A stretch of DNA of 60,667 nucleotides, the filler included, from Catajapyx aquilonaris (lineage: Eukaryota): NCBI GenBank assembly GCA_000934665.2. It is 2 parts of 2 records of this genome, joined end to end, with 100 filler letters (N's around TTAATTAATTAA, not from the genome) between each part and the next. Parts side by side here need not be neighbours in the genome. Positions count along the whole stretch, not along the records: positions 1 to 30,287 come from JYFJ02004664.1; 1 more part is not named here. One strand, given 5' to 3'. Of the stretch, positions 1 to 13,217 are shown piece by piece (position 1 is the first letter of the stretch; each line of letters starts with the position of its first letter). The notes under the pieces were generated by a model, which saw only the letters and a list, made by a program, of their open reading frames with translations, searched no databases and was not told where the DNA came from. A program made the translations under genes and the position numbers.

Positions 1-74
1 CGATAGCACAAACGAGTCAAATGAGGCACTGGTTTTTCTTACCCCCATCCCTTTTTTATTTCCGATTCCAATGC
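1..74 (-). repeat. Inverted copy of the 731-804 segment (arm of a foldback-like element, running off the window start)
   Basis: Bases 1-74 are the exact reverse complement of 731-804. Confidence 0.9.
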
Positions 75-96
75 CTTCTTTTTAGTGTAGATGCAT

Positions 97-316
97 TGTG
101 ACGTCCCACTCACCAGGGGGCTGGGCTGACCCAGTTATTTCCCCCCTGGTGGGTGGGGCCACCAGAAGGAGCCCTCAGCTCCTGCACTTTGGTACCCCTC
201 CTGATACTTGTACTCCAGCCCCTTTTGGGGACAGTTCAGAATAAACACCTGTGTGACCCGAACCCACTGTGTGTCATTTGAGTAGCCTGGGCAAAGACGG
301 TGCCTTAACCGTTACA
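97..316 (+). mobile_element. Solo LTR (220 bp), probably Gypsy/Ty3 type
   Basis: Starts TGTGAC and ends GTTACA, contains AATAAA at ~240, and has a 4-bp target-site duplication GCAT at 93-96 and 317-320. Confidence 0.85.
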
Positions 317-569
317 GCATTTTAAAACAGATGAAGGAATATGGTCAATAAAAGTAACTGGAAACATCAATATATGTCGTGTGGAACTGCTTTTTATACC
401 AAAGCCGCATCAGATATCACATAATTGCGTAGGCTACAATGCACAACATATGCTGCTGCATGTTGCTAATGGTGTCGCCAACCGGTTGTGTACAGTACAT
501 AGGCGTGCATGTTGTATACACATACCTACAACAAGTATAATCTACTGCACTATAGGCGACATCCCAGGA

Positions 570-1175
570 GGGGGATGAGATAAACCAGTGCCGCATTTGA
601 CTCGTCTGTGCTGTCGGTTTCGTGACACCAAGGCTAAGTTCTAATTCGCCGCTAGAAAAACGCTATTTTGGTTTGGTTAAGGTGCGACAATCACTGTGAC
701 CTGCAGAGGGGTCAACGTGGCCTCGAACTCGCATTGGAATCGGAAATAAAAAAGGGATGGGGGTAAGAAAAACCAGTGCCTCATTTGACTCGTTTGTGCT
801 ATCGGTATCGTGGTACCGGAGATAGGTACGCATTCGCCGCAAGAAAAATACCAATTTTTGTTTACCCAGGTGCGACAATCACTGTGACCTGCAGAGGGGT
901 CAACGTGGCCTCGAACTCGCATGGGAGTCGGAAAACAGGTTAACTTTACGGGGGTGTCCAGAGGGTGGGGGGTCAAAGACACCGCTCCCATTCGTCACTC
1001 GTTACTCGTATCGGATTCCCGACACCTTGTATCGTCATGGATTCGCCAGGCGCACCTACCACCCGAGTTTGGTACGCCTGCGACGCTCCGTTTGGCGTAC
1101 AGCGAGGCTCAGAGCAACAAGTGCATAAGTGCCAAGTCATTTTGATGTCCACTTAACCTGTTTTCCGATTCCGAG
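570..1175 (+). repeat. Tandem ~188-bp units (two clear, a third diverged) closed by a short inverted segment
   Basis: AAACCAGTGCC occurs at 582 and 770. A block starting GGTGCGACAATCACTGTGACCTGCAGAGGGG occurs at 681 and 869. TTAACCTGTTTTCCGA near 1155-1170 is the inverse of TCGGAAAACAGGTTAA near 928-943. Confidence 0.85.
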
Positions 1176-4100
1176 GTTCAATTATTTTTACTAGACAAGT
1201 TCTTCTCTTGTCTTTAGTATGTATCAGGCCATGTTTCTCGTTCTCCTTTCGCTATGCCAATTCCTGCCTCAAAATGTAGCGGCGTTAGTCAATAAGCAAA
1301 TCTTAAGTCTTGTACGCTAATGGCCTTCGTGGGTGCCTCACAAAGGCAAGTCGGTTGCCGTCTTATTTTTATGGGGTCTGATGTCTTCCCACTCTCGTCA
1401 CACTTTGCCATCATTTCAGGCATGATCACCATGTCGTGCCTTAATCATTATTATCCGACAGGTGATCGGTGGGTATTCCAGTCCTCCTCGTTATGTCAAT
1501 GTGTCGTGTGATACCGTCGCCATTATATTTAGAAAATATGCTAGCTTACAGGTACTAAGATCTGTCTGAGGTCATGGCGAAAGGGGGGACCGGGGACGGA
1601 AGAAACAGCCAGGTTCATTGTAAAAAAAAATAAAAAAGGTAGTCCACTTATCTTCCATTTTAAAAAGGATATTCCAGTGTAGCAACATTCCAAAGATGAC
1701 ATAATTATTATCCGGTCACTCTCGCTCCCCATACATTTACTACATATAGTACAACATAATCCTTTTTAGTGCTTCATGAAGCCACTTAGAATGCACCCAG
1801 CCTTTTGTGTGAAGAGGATATACATATAATGATTGTGTTAACATTAGTGCAGGCGATGGAGAGGAACCCATACAAATGAGTGGTGCTTTTGTAGGGACTG
1901 GTGAGAAGTGTAATGCTGGAACGAGCCTGAAATCAGTTAAAATTAATATTGTGATTAATTCCGTGTTGTCCACACGTGTTGCCCTACAATGTGATCTTCA
2001 CCCGGTAATTTCTGTGGCACGCCGGGAATTCACTCGTCAGCCCTGAGTAATAATATTGGCACTGGACGCCGTAGTAAATTTCGTGCAATATACATAATGC
2101 TAAAATCAAGGAAATCAGTATCCACAATGATAGTCTATAATGACCGGCGGGTGAATGATTACTACCGGTAATTACTGCAGGTAAACCGAGAGTCCTCTGG
2201 TGAGGCATTTGTGAGTTAGAACACCCGGTGGAGTTATTATATTATCAATAACATATCATATAAAAATATGAAATATAAATATAACATAATCATAAATAAA
2301 TATATTACAGACGTATAATGGTAATGAGACTAATGACATGAAAGTAGTCCGAGCAAGTCACACTATAGGCTACCTCCCTATTTAACTTACTCCTCCACGG
2401 CGGACAAGTGATCTGCTGATTTGTGGAGTAGCCTAATAACTTACTACCTCGGGAAGGAGGGAGAGAGGACGGGGCTCCAGGGCATAACAACGATCAGCAT
2501 AATATTTTATTGTGTGCAGAGAGTACAAAAGTTCACTTATGGAGGTTACAGTCATAATGATACGACAAGCTTAGGATTTCCACTAATATGCTAACAAAAT
2601 AATAATATCATTGTTTGTTATAATGGATATCAATATACTGGTATAGGTACAGTACATTTTTCCGTCATCCAGCATTCACGCGAGCACAACCTATTCCTTG
2701 GTTACCTTCCTTGGGTGTCGATAATTTAATAAACTTTTATTGGTAGAGTGACTGTAAACATGATTTCGTGTGTCTTCACTGTGCAAATAACTCAACTCTT
2801 TTTTACGCTATGGTAGTGAAGAGCATGATGCACCGACCCTTCTAGACCTTTCGATAGATTACCTCCTGATTACATCAGGAGTGTCATATTATATACATAC
2901 GTATATACCCTTTTGCGTAATAACTTTATGGGGCATATGGGTAGAGATTCTACCTTTGTGTGTCCTCCTCGGATGGAACCATAGCCTGATACATTACTGC
3001 TCTGTTTTATATGCATCAAACATATAGTGGTCCATGCGGCCTCGCTCGGGGGTATATAGCAGCATGGGATGACACTGACTGACGCATAGTGCTTGGCGTC
3101 ACTCTATAGGACTCTAGGCTGTACAGTCCCACATTTATTAAGGCCTCCAGAACGTTGAGCTGCTTCCAACTCGTCTATACGGCTTCACCCAGGGTACTAT
3201 TCTCTGGCAAAATCTGTCCTTCGTCTGCTGCAATCGGCGCAGTCCATGTACCTAAGTCTTGGCAACTCAGTGCAAAATCCGACTCCTTCGGCAGGACCCT
3301 TCATTGTTGCCGTTAATTATTACAGCCAACTCTATAGCTTGAATCCTTTACGACGTCATGTCCGTCGAATTCTGCAAACTCAGCTCATTGCCGCTTGTGG
3401 CTGCCGACAAACTCGTATCCGCGATTTTCGGGATGGAGCAGAATGAGTCATGTACGCGGGTATACCTATAGATATTATACTCTTTAAAAGAAAAGTGCAA
3501 ATAATTATGCGATGGAATCAAGCTTCGTGAATACAGGGAAGGAAGTTAAGGCTCACAATCATGCTTGCCAATAACTGTAAATAATAACTGTAACAGATAA
3601 TAATTGAAAGCAGAGCAGGTGCCTTCGTACGTCAATAGGCAGGTCTTGTCAATATAATATTGCATGTTGTCCTGTTCGGAGAAAGGTGAACTTTGACATA
3701 ATATGCTGGTCAGACGTCAGAAGATGACTTCCTCTCGTGCCATGGATGGTGATGCTATTCTTGGTTTAACCACGAGGACATCACTCTTCTGAATGAATAG
3801 AACTCGATTGTGTACATCGCATGCGCTACATGCCTATACGAATTGTCACTTTCTGGGATCAATTAATATGTCGTTGTCAACCAATCATAGTCACCTACCG
3901 TGCCGGATGACGGTATGGTGATAACGGTGTTTGGGTGTATAATTATGTTAGGTTGCAAAACAGAATAAGTGAACGCAACCTAACAGTAGACCATGTGTGC
4001 TTTTCACCTCCCTTCTTATCAACAACATAATCACATAATATCAGCAGATGGGACGGACAAAGTTGTTAGCAAGTTGTGCTTCTTGATGTTCGGGCTCCTT

Positions 4101-4524
4101 CATTGGCGTTTAGCTGTCCATGGGCTGTTGTCTTCAACAGCTTCAGCTAGTGGCATTATTGGAATGGCAGCATGTTCACCTCTCGCAATGACAATGAACT
4201 GGAAAATAGTCTGATAACACTGTAGTGTTTTGGTTGCGGTGTAAACACTTATAATTATTATTATTATGTAGGCTACACCCATTCCATCGTGGAAAATATT
4301 TCTTCGCAGCAGCAGTCACGCACTGTTGTGAAACATGATGAATGCATATTCAGCACATGCAAGTACTTGTACTGTATATCATCATTGCTTAAAAAGCTGT
4401 TGCATGTGGGTGATTATCCCCTTACACTAGGATGAGGATGATCCTATACCGCTCTAGCGGCTGTGAAAAGGTCCGGTCTACTCATCCCATTGCCGACCTT
4501 TCAAGATGAAGGCGGAGGAGGCTT

Positions 4525-4532
<8 letters not shown>

Positions 4533-4610
<78 letters not shown>
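4533..4610. repeat. (AAT)n microsatellite, possibly the tail of a short retroposon fragment starting ~4415
   Basis: Perfect AAT run, preceded by ~115 bp that does not fit the flanking reading frames. Confidence 0.9.
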
Positions 4611-6570
4611 TACCTAAAGGCATATTATGACGAACCATGTGGTGTCCTGTCTGTCTCTGTGGTATCCGAGTTCTTCTCCGACTCCCTGAGCATAGGTTGT
4701 TGAAAGCCAGACTATGACAATGTACAGGTATACTCGTATATATGTGGCCGAATATGCGCGCAAAACTCTGGCATGAAAATATGAATTCGGGAATTTGGGT
4801 CACGACATACGACGCAACATATAGTTATGGCATGTGAATACTCCATAATTATCTCACTCATAATCTGTTGGCAAGCTGTTTGTGATGATTAGTCAAAGAC
4901 AAGGTGAAACAATAACTCGTATTAATGCGGGGTAACGTCCAGGGAAGAGATGATTCGATCGGGACGTTCGGTGGCACTTTAAAGCACTGTAAGAGGTGCG
5001 CACAAAAAATGGCAGTATCCATGGCAATGAGGCCACCGAATGTAACAAATTAAGTGCCCGCAGGTGCATGCACCAGGCCGATGGATGACGAATCAGGCTG
5101 TGATGTGATCATTACGTGAATTTATTAACAGACTCTCTGCAACTGTGTCGTGCATGTCTGACGTTGTCCAATGAGATGATATAACATTTTCCACTTGTCG
5201 TAATCGATTATCCGCAATGCAATGCATCGTCAGTGCTCACCAGCAGGTAGATACATCTGAATCCAACCACATTGAAGTTCAGTGCAATGATTATTGTGAA
5301 CTCGTGCGAGTAACTGCGGACATTCACGTGTAGAGAGAGTTGTCAGTGGTAGTGTTCTCTGCGTAGCCAGCAGGTGGAATAATCCACCAATGTCTGGTAT
5401 TGGCAGTTCTGAGCTATTTAAGATATATACACGCACCACTTAGGGCTCGTTGTACTGATCTGTCTGCTTGATACCGGTGAGACGTGGCTTACACCATCCA
5501 CGTCAGCGCCATACTCCAGACCGCTTTCCAAGAGTTTCCCCGTAAAAGATTTATTGTACGTGTAAACAGCATAATATAGAGCTCATCAATCAGATGACAA
5601 ATGGCTTCCGCTGTCACAGTGACTCTCTCTTGAGTCTAGAAACATAATTATATCTGGTGTAGGTCTTCAGTTGCATTTGTTTTCTGAGCCCCTCGCATCA
5701 TTTCCACTCAATCAGACACCCGGGAAGGTCCTCCAGTTCCATCGACCAGTTTTTCGGCAGGGAATGTTTGGTCTGGCGATTCTTTGTTCAGTTCCTGTAA
5801 CTCTTGCAATGAAATATGTATAATATTATTGTTATCACATGAAGGTGTGACCGGTAAAAGGCACAGTTATGTTTCGGTGTAGGCTATAATACCATATGCT
5901 ATAGAAATGGGCACAGTAGGCGCGCTATACGTAGTTCCTCTGATGAAGTGGGGAATGAAGAGGCTTGGAGACACGGCCGTGGCAATTCATATCCCACAAG
6001 AGGGTAATTAAATTTGGTAATGAAAAACACAGCAGTTTTGACAGACTGGAAGGGAGAAGAGATTCGGTTCAGAGTAACCGATTCTCGTTCATCTGTACGG
6101 TCACTAAGCAGCTAAAGTCCCGTGTGATGTGCTGTAGCGTGAAGAGCTATAATTATACGGAGTCCGATTGTCCTTTTCTCATTTTCTTGAATCACCTTTT
6201 CTACTGTAGCGAATTTTCGGCCTGGGGTAGTTATTATAGGTTGCATAAGCCCTCAGCAAGTGGCATCTCCCACGTTATTGCAATGGGAGTAATAATTATA
6301 CAGTACGGTATTATTTTTCTTGTCACCACATCAGACTGAGCAAGTCTTGGCAATGTCAACTGGGGGAACCCCACATGAATATCCACGTACACCAGTGCAA
6401 AAGACATATTCGTCACCAGTGAACGGGGAACTATTGTCACGGGAATACGGGCTGGTAGTACAGTACAAGTATAATACAGTCGTAAATAAAGTATAGTAAA
6501 GCAACCCTTGAGTCGCGGTGAGGCCTCTTCATCTTCATCCCAGCGTCCCCATCCGTTGCATCCTCTGTTG

Positions 6571-6603
6571 AATAATAATAATAATGATAATAATAATAAT
6601 AAT

Positions 6604-6647
<44 letters not shown>

Positions 6648-6648
6648 C
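6571..6648. repeat. (AAT)n(AAC)n compound microsatellite
   Basis: Seen directly. Confidence 0.95.
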
Positions 6649-9353
6649 CAGGTTACCCGAATTTGCAATGTTTAATAGCAGGCATTGCCCTTGTCATCAT
6701 ACATGTGTGTTTTGTAGTCGCAACATTCATTCCACATCCATGATGAGCTATTCCACAACTTGATGCACTGAGATCAACATCGCGTGTTGGGGACACCTAT
6801 TGTCTGCGAATATTACAGCCGAGGATGTGTGTGACGCAGGTCTGATGGAGTCTGGACTGATGGGGTGTCTGAATGTCTGTTCAGGTGACATTATTCTGGC
6901 TGGAAACAGGCAGGCGCGGGTAAGATGCGTCTGGTGGTTGATACAATATACGTATTATTGCATAACCTATTATGCAATGTTGAGCTGACGCTCCGAAAAA
7001 TGTTGGGCTTTACCACCAAAAATGTGTGAGCAAGTCCAACATGTGTCGTTTCCACTTGTCGTCTGTCGATGTGGCCTTTCGATCTTCCTCACTCTATTTT
7101 CGAATCCTCTTGCGAGATTCTTGCCCCTCTCTTGGCATCTGGGATTACAACAACACTCCCGTGATCGACAGACTTTGTGCATGCTGCTCTTCACTGTCAC
7201 GTATGAATTCCATTTCATTTTTGCACCTAGTTTTCGTTGGGATCCCTTCGGTGTACAATATTCGAGGTGACCCGGCTCAGCTTATTGCTTGGATTCATAT
7301 TAGTAACGATAAAATGGCTACAGATTATATTATCAGGTATGCTCTTTGATGTAGTAGTATGTAGCTTCCATTTTTGTTGCCGTCAGGTAATGTACGTAGC
7401 CCTACATTGTTTGTCACTCGCACGATGTAAGAGTAAAGATGTATAATATGTAAGAGTTGCAGTATGCTAATCTTGGATTGTCCGCGTGGTAAGGATATTC
7501 GTCTCGTAAATGATGACATGCTTATAATTATGGACCCCTCCTGCTCAGGCATGAATAAAGTACCGCTATACAGTGTGATATCGACTCTGCTGACTGACAG
7601 TGCTCTATGTACTATAGTTTATCATTATCAATTACTGTATTTAAATAATGCAGTGCCATATAATTATATGTGTGTGTGTATATATGGCTTATTGAAAAGA
7701 AGCATCCCTCGCCCCAAGTCTTATCGGCATGGTCTCGTTTGCTGGATTCACAGCCCAGGTAGGCTACTTGATGCCGTTGTCATTTTTGTTGTGTCCAGAG
7801 CCCTCCATTCACTGGGAAAAGGAGTTTCTGCTTGTAGAATAATATTATAATGATGAATGTTTGGCTGCTGGTGTGAGTTATTCCGAGTAGCCTACTGAAT
7901 AGCCTACTATACAAAATTTGCTCCTATCTCATTGTGAGAAAAATGCACTCATTTTTCCATCTTCCGCGAAATGCCTATGTGAATATACAGTCTAGGCGCA
8001 TATTATTATGAATGTAACTATACCTGATTAAACTTGATTGTAGTAAAAGTGATGTGCGTGGGATCATGACTCGGTTGCCCATTGAGTTATTTAAGGAATC
8101 AGTTGCCTTGGGGTGGAAGAGACGGTGCCCATCAGTATATGAACGTACCACTCACTTCCTGCATGGTGCTGGATATTATTGTATAACTTCACGGATATAT
8201 GGGCAGGATCCAACAAAAAAAGCAGAGAAGGAATATGAAGGCAGAGAAGCGGAGCTTGGTCCCAATAATATCACATTATTTTATTATTCGAACTTGCTAC
8301 ATAATTACGTATGTACAATGTACAGTACATTAATTGGCCAACTGAGAAGGAATGACAATAGTGCTTGCTTGCACTGGGAACTATATAATTATAGTGATCG
8401 TCCGACGGGGGATCAAAGTCGCGTGCTGGATGGTGGATCGTTGTCAGATCTAGTAGACCAGCACAGTCGGAAGTTCAGCAGAATAATAAAATAGAGGTCG
8501 TCGGTTGTTCATGATTGTATGCCAATATTATTGTTATGCTGTTGTCGTTCTACACTTTCTTGCACACTCTTATGCACGATGATATTTTTTTCCTCGTTTA
8601 TGCACGTTCACTGTTTTCGGGTGTCTGTCTGTCATACATTTCGGCTGTAACAATAGGCATGATGCTGAGAGGCCATGCAACAGTATATAATATTAAATTA
8701 TTAATATAAGTACAGCATAAATATTAATATGACGTCACTCAATGTGCAATAAATAATATCATGTGAACGACGCGACGTATAGGTTCTCGTGGCCATTGCC
8801 ACTGCCAGCGTTTCCCAAGGCCATAGCGAAGAATAGTTACGATAGATGTTATACCAATGATATTTAAAAGGTATTAAATTCGGCATCATGAGGATAATAA
8901 TAAACATGGGTGTTCGGCCAAGTGTTTGGGTCAGTTGGGTCATTCGTTATTGGAAGTTTGGTCCCAAGCTGTCATGCATAGGAGCAGAGCTTTTGTAAAG
9001 TGTACACTGGAGTACCAAATTTAAGGAGTACTTGGGAGTACCTAGGGAGCACCGAAGAATACTCGGGAGTACCAGTGCAGGTGTATACACTATAATTATA
9101 TGAGGTAGTACCGAATTGGTTACCCCATTGGCTTGTGTCCGATCGATGTGCTCATTATTTTGTTCCTATAGGTATGGCCAAATGTATCAGCAGGTGATTC
9201 GTTGGTGTTGTTTAACACTTTAGGGAGCAAAAGGTTACACAAAATATTACAGCTTATAGTGGTGATCATGACGCGAAACCCATTTCAATGTAGCGGCACG
9301 TTTTACATATTTTCTTTTCCTCATGCTGGTGTCACCAGTTGTTGTGATTTAAC

Positions 9354-9425
<72 letters not shown>

Positions 9426-9475
9426 CAACAACAATAACAATAATAACAATAGGCATGATGATGACGACGATGATG
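9354..9475. repeat. (AAT)n(AAC)n plus short (GAT/GAC)n microsatellite
   Basis: Seen directly. Confidence 0.95.
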
Positions 9476-10696
9476 TCATGTCCTGTCCTCGATCTCTCTA
9501 TATACTTATTTATGTGACAAAATTAAACTTTCAGACATCTCCGCGATGGTGATGTTTTTTTGCTGCGTGATATCTCGACAAATAATGGCACTTTCGGAAT
9601 TTATTCGGGAGATGATTTGACAGCGAATCAAGAAATGAATACCATTACTTCAGGACTTGTTGCTGCTGTGACATGAACGTGCTTCAGTTGCTTTATTTTC
9701 CAGAGTGCATGAAAAGGACGATGGGTCTCAGCATTAATTCGGAGCAGATACATTCAAAGCAGCTAGCCACACTTGACGATCAATGGATCACTGAAGTTTG
9801 GCCAACTTATACAGCATCCGTAACTGGCTCCTGGCTTATATATACAAAGGTCTGTGGCTTAGAAATCGCTTCCAACAACACACTTGTCCCAACGCCGAGT
9901 CAGCACTTATTGGCTCTATTTAATGCCGTCCTGCTCTGTCAAGTTTGGCTGTTGTCGCATGCCTACGTATATACTTTTGCAGTATTTTGGGGAACAATAA
10001 TGTGTGTATGAAAACTAAGGCGTAAATATTACACTTCATCCCTTTGCAGAACTCATATTTGAATGTATTAAACTATATGAGGTGGACGATGATACGTACG
10101 TAGAAGGTGCGTGAAGACTGGTAGCCTGATGGCGACCAGATTAGAATCAGGCTACTTCGAACTATTCACTTGGTCGATCTCGGAATAATGGTTGATAACT
10201 CACCAGACGTCGGAGTTGTTGTCTCTGTCACGTGTACGTGTCACAATCATTTTAGTGACGCGCAATTGAGTCAATCGTATATAAGCGGATTTTTCTCTCG
10301 GGAAGTGTGGTTGCTGACATCAGTAAGTTATTGCTGTCCATATTTATTTCGTCGGCAATTTCGCAATTCCACGGTGGTCGAGCGATGCTCCGGTTGCAGC
10401 ATAGTCACTCTTGTAGTCACTGTTCATTTCACTTATCGTTATCTCTTGCTGTCAAGCGACAAGAGTATTTTTTGGGCCTACTTTCCAGCACTGATGGATA
10501 TCTAGAAAAGCTATAGCTTGTTGTATATGTATGAATAGCCCATGGAGAAAAGAAAAAGAAGAACTGCTGGGCGTCATTATTCGCTAGATGCCAATGTGGC
10601 AGAGAAAGCCTCATAAAGGTGTATAGGTAGCGAAACGTGTCCCCGGTTGGATGCTGGCCGGGTCCGTCAGCACCAGGAGCCGTCCGACACCTGTTT

Positions 10697-10734
<38 letters not shown>

Positions 10735-10777
10735 GATAATGATAATGATAATGATAATGATCATCCTCATCATCATC
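10697..10777. repeat. (AAT)n(GATAAT)n(CAT)n microsatellite
   Basis: Seen directly. Confidence 0.95.
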
Positions 10778-12053
10778 ACGACATAATATTATATTCATAT
10801 AAGTATAGTCAGCGGATAACGGGGCTGTCCTCGTTACCCTCACAAGGACCATTATAATGATATTTTATTTATTTTTAAAATCCGGAGACTGGTCAGGTAC
10901 TCTCTCAGAGTCAGAAAGGCAAATACAAGGACTCTTGAAACTTTACAAGCACTGGCCCAATCTGCCTCTTCAATCCACAAACTCTCTCTATAATAGATCT
11001 GGATGAAAAATTATTAAATACGTAGTTTTCAACGGTAAAGCACTAGACATCGTAATTATATTATTATTACAGCAGAACTATTTTTGCACCAATCCGAAGT
11101 TGTCATCGCGACGGGAACACTTGAAAAACAAACACAATGGCCGCAGCCCCGCAAGACCGACCATTGTTGGGAATGGAACCGAGTTCGCCGGACTATGCGT
11201 TTCTATAGAATGAATGTTGTACCAAACGTGCGTTACAAATATTTTTGTCAATCCTCAGTGTAGTACCAGTATTCGGTGTAACCTACCTCAGCCTCAGGGT
11301 CTGATACGTACTCATCATATTCTGGCAATGCGTCAATCGTGTCCATGACGTTACCCGGCGATCTGCGGATTTTTTGGTGGCGTGCTCTTTGCCGCAGAAG
11401 GTCAGGCTGTATGTAAACTCATCCTTTGGGCGAATGACTGAGCAGGCCTTCAGTATTTTCGGCCCGGTGCAGCGCTGCCGTATATTATTGAGCCCCACTA
11501 TTATGTGCTCCCGTGTCAGCTCCGACTGCTCGAGCTGGTCATATAGGTAGAGCTGTAGGCCTATAATACGTATGTCATTGAGAAGGCATTGCCTACAGAG
11601 TTTGTGATGAGGCCAACAGCAAAAATATTGTTGTTTGTACGGCACCCTGCTCGGGACGATGGTGGTAGCTGTATGTGGTGGGCACTGTGGGCACCGTCCG
11701 TCTTCCTGCTGCGGTGTCTGCGCCTGCTCCCCATAAACATGCTTCGAGCTATAGTATAGTTTTCAATATTAGACAGTCTGTGTCTCATTCATATTCACAT
11801 AGTCGACTAAGACGTTGGTAGATTTCATCAGGCTCTCTTCCTCTCAGAGACATGTACGCTCTTCATTACGAGGGTTTGTGCTGTCACTTTGGAGCAGCCC
11901 ATTTGGTCTGTCCGAAAGAGTCTTGCTTTGCAGGAGAGAAAGGTTTTCTCTCACAATAAGACGGAATACATTGTATCTCGTCCCAATAACCTGTAGATCC
12001 TTATGGCGTAAGAAAGTTATCCATTTTCCCTCTCATTCTGCAGATGAGGGAAA

Positions 12054-12128
<75 letters not shown>
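12054..12128. repeat. (ATG)n microsatellite inside EVE-A
   Basis: Seen directly; produces the spurious poly-His in ORF 12033..12305. Confidence 0.95.
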
Positions 12129-12149
12129 CCAGTCAGGCGGGTAGCCAAA

Positions 12150-13190
12150 TGCATTAGGCCTGTAGTGACGAAGATGAGGGAGCCCGATGACAGCTAGAGG
12201 TCGCCATAACCCATTTAAAAGGTTCATTCCCTGTTTGTGTCCGTGTGTGTGTGTGTGACGTTTCCCTCCAGACGTCACTCCTTGGCCCAAAGGAAATCGT
12301 CGCATCCACCTCCCTAGATATCGAGCTCCGAATGTTCTGCCAGCACGATCAATGATGCCTTCCCAACACGTGTATATCCATAGTATAATGATCGAATGGG
12401 TATATCCGTCGTATTAAAAGGGGATATGGCATAATGGCTGAACGTTGAAACATCACACAGCGGATGATGAATTATATAACGAATGTTGAAGAGGACGTCA
12501 TCACCGTCAGTTTCGTCAGTTGGGGACAGTAAGGACCAAGGTCACTCTTCGTTTGTGCACCAATAACAGTGTGCACTTCCCTTCTGTTCTGTTCCATCAT
12601 CATGTGAGGCATGTGTCGCAGGTATCATATAATATAGGGGGACGTACAGGCAGGATGATGCAGGAAATGAACACTATACGCGTCCAATAAAATACTCACT
12701 TCCGACCTACAGGACCAGAAGATGCTTCGCCCAAAAACGACCTGCAAGTAAGACAACCACCAGCACTCTTCATAATAGGCCCTGATGATGCCAAGAGACT
12801 AATTTTGGCCCAAACCTATTTTGGCAAGAATGTCATATATCGCAGCAGTCACCGTCCACCGTGTGAAGCACGAAGTTAACAATACATTATAATTATATAC
12901 TATAATTTATGACCAATTTAATCAGACTTTAAAGAGCACATGGCGCCATTGCTTCAAATCATTCGCTCAAAATATGATGGAATGTGGTATCGTATATTTG
13001 TCTTCACTGTTTTGTCTTCTGTTAGCTCCACTATCAGGCAGGCCTTGTGTGCATGATGGGGGCTTTTCAGGCCCGAAAGAGAATGTCGACGCACTCTTTA
13101 TCCTTGCAGTGATTGAGGATAAGAAGGCCGATTATGGCGGTGTTCTGCTCATTTTTACGTATATATAACCCTTGGCAAGTCTCTCTTTTG
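12150..13190 (-). pseudogene. NS5B-like RNA-dependent RNA polymerase core (decayed)
   Basis: Motif F LPRVIY at 13161-13178 (pestivirus PRVIQY). Motif A remnant CFTRW/TVT at 12847-12870 (pestivirus DTKAWDTQVT). Motif B remnant RK*VFYWT...IS at 12663-12704, which single-base changes restore to R-K-S-G-x3-T...N-S. Motif C DGDD-VLF at 12488-12508. Motif E remnant FSHY at 12431-12442, in frame with C. Followed by PIRSL...VGK (12359-12400) and LPHLRHYR (12159-12182). Confidence 0.75.
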
Positions 13191-13217
13191 CATCTTAATT
13201 ATTCATATTACAATGGT

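Larger units (their letters stand above)
1200..10700 (-). pseudogene. EVE-B: decayed polyprotein-like relic, paralogous to the N-terminal (putative structural) part of EVE-A
   Basis: Long minus-strand frames with sparse stops. Collinear peptide anchors with EVE-A: LPENSTLGEAVxTSW (~3166-3210) vs MPKDNHIIGESDSHRW (~22839-22886); YRVG (~3330) vs YTVG (~22978); LAEA (~4140) vs IAEA (~23820); QNCQYQTLVDYSTC (5370-5411) vs QNCLVSTP/YST* (26402-26444); LNRISSPFQ (6046-6072) vs MNRKKNPLQ (26943-26969). Best supported from 3.1 to 8.4 kb; the ends are approximate. Confidence 0.6.

Noticed and set aside
5490..5545. LLESGLEYGADVD as an ankyrin repeat
   Set aside because: A single short match with no TPLH motif or neighbouring repeats.
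8054..8494. 146-aa plus-strand ORF as a gene
   Set aside because: No recognisable domain; the weak anchors to EVE-A (TDS, CKQ) lie on the minus strand, so it is likely an antisense shadow.
9005..9077. Six GGAGTAC-like short direct repeats as a mini CRISPR or iteron array
   Set aside because: The period is only ~10-16 bp, with no spacers or cas genes and a eukaryotic context; most likely a MITE subterminal remnant.
9530..9620. FLLRDISTNNGTF as an FHA domain motif
   Set aside because: Isolated; the other FHA motifs are absent.
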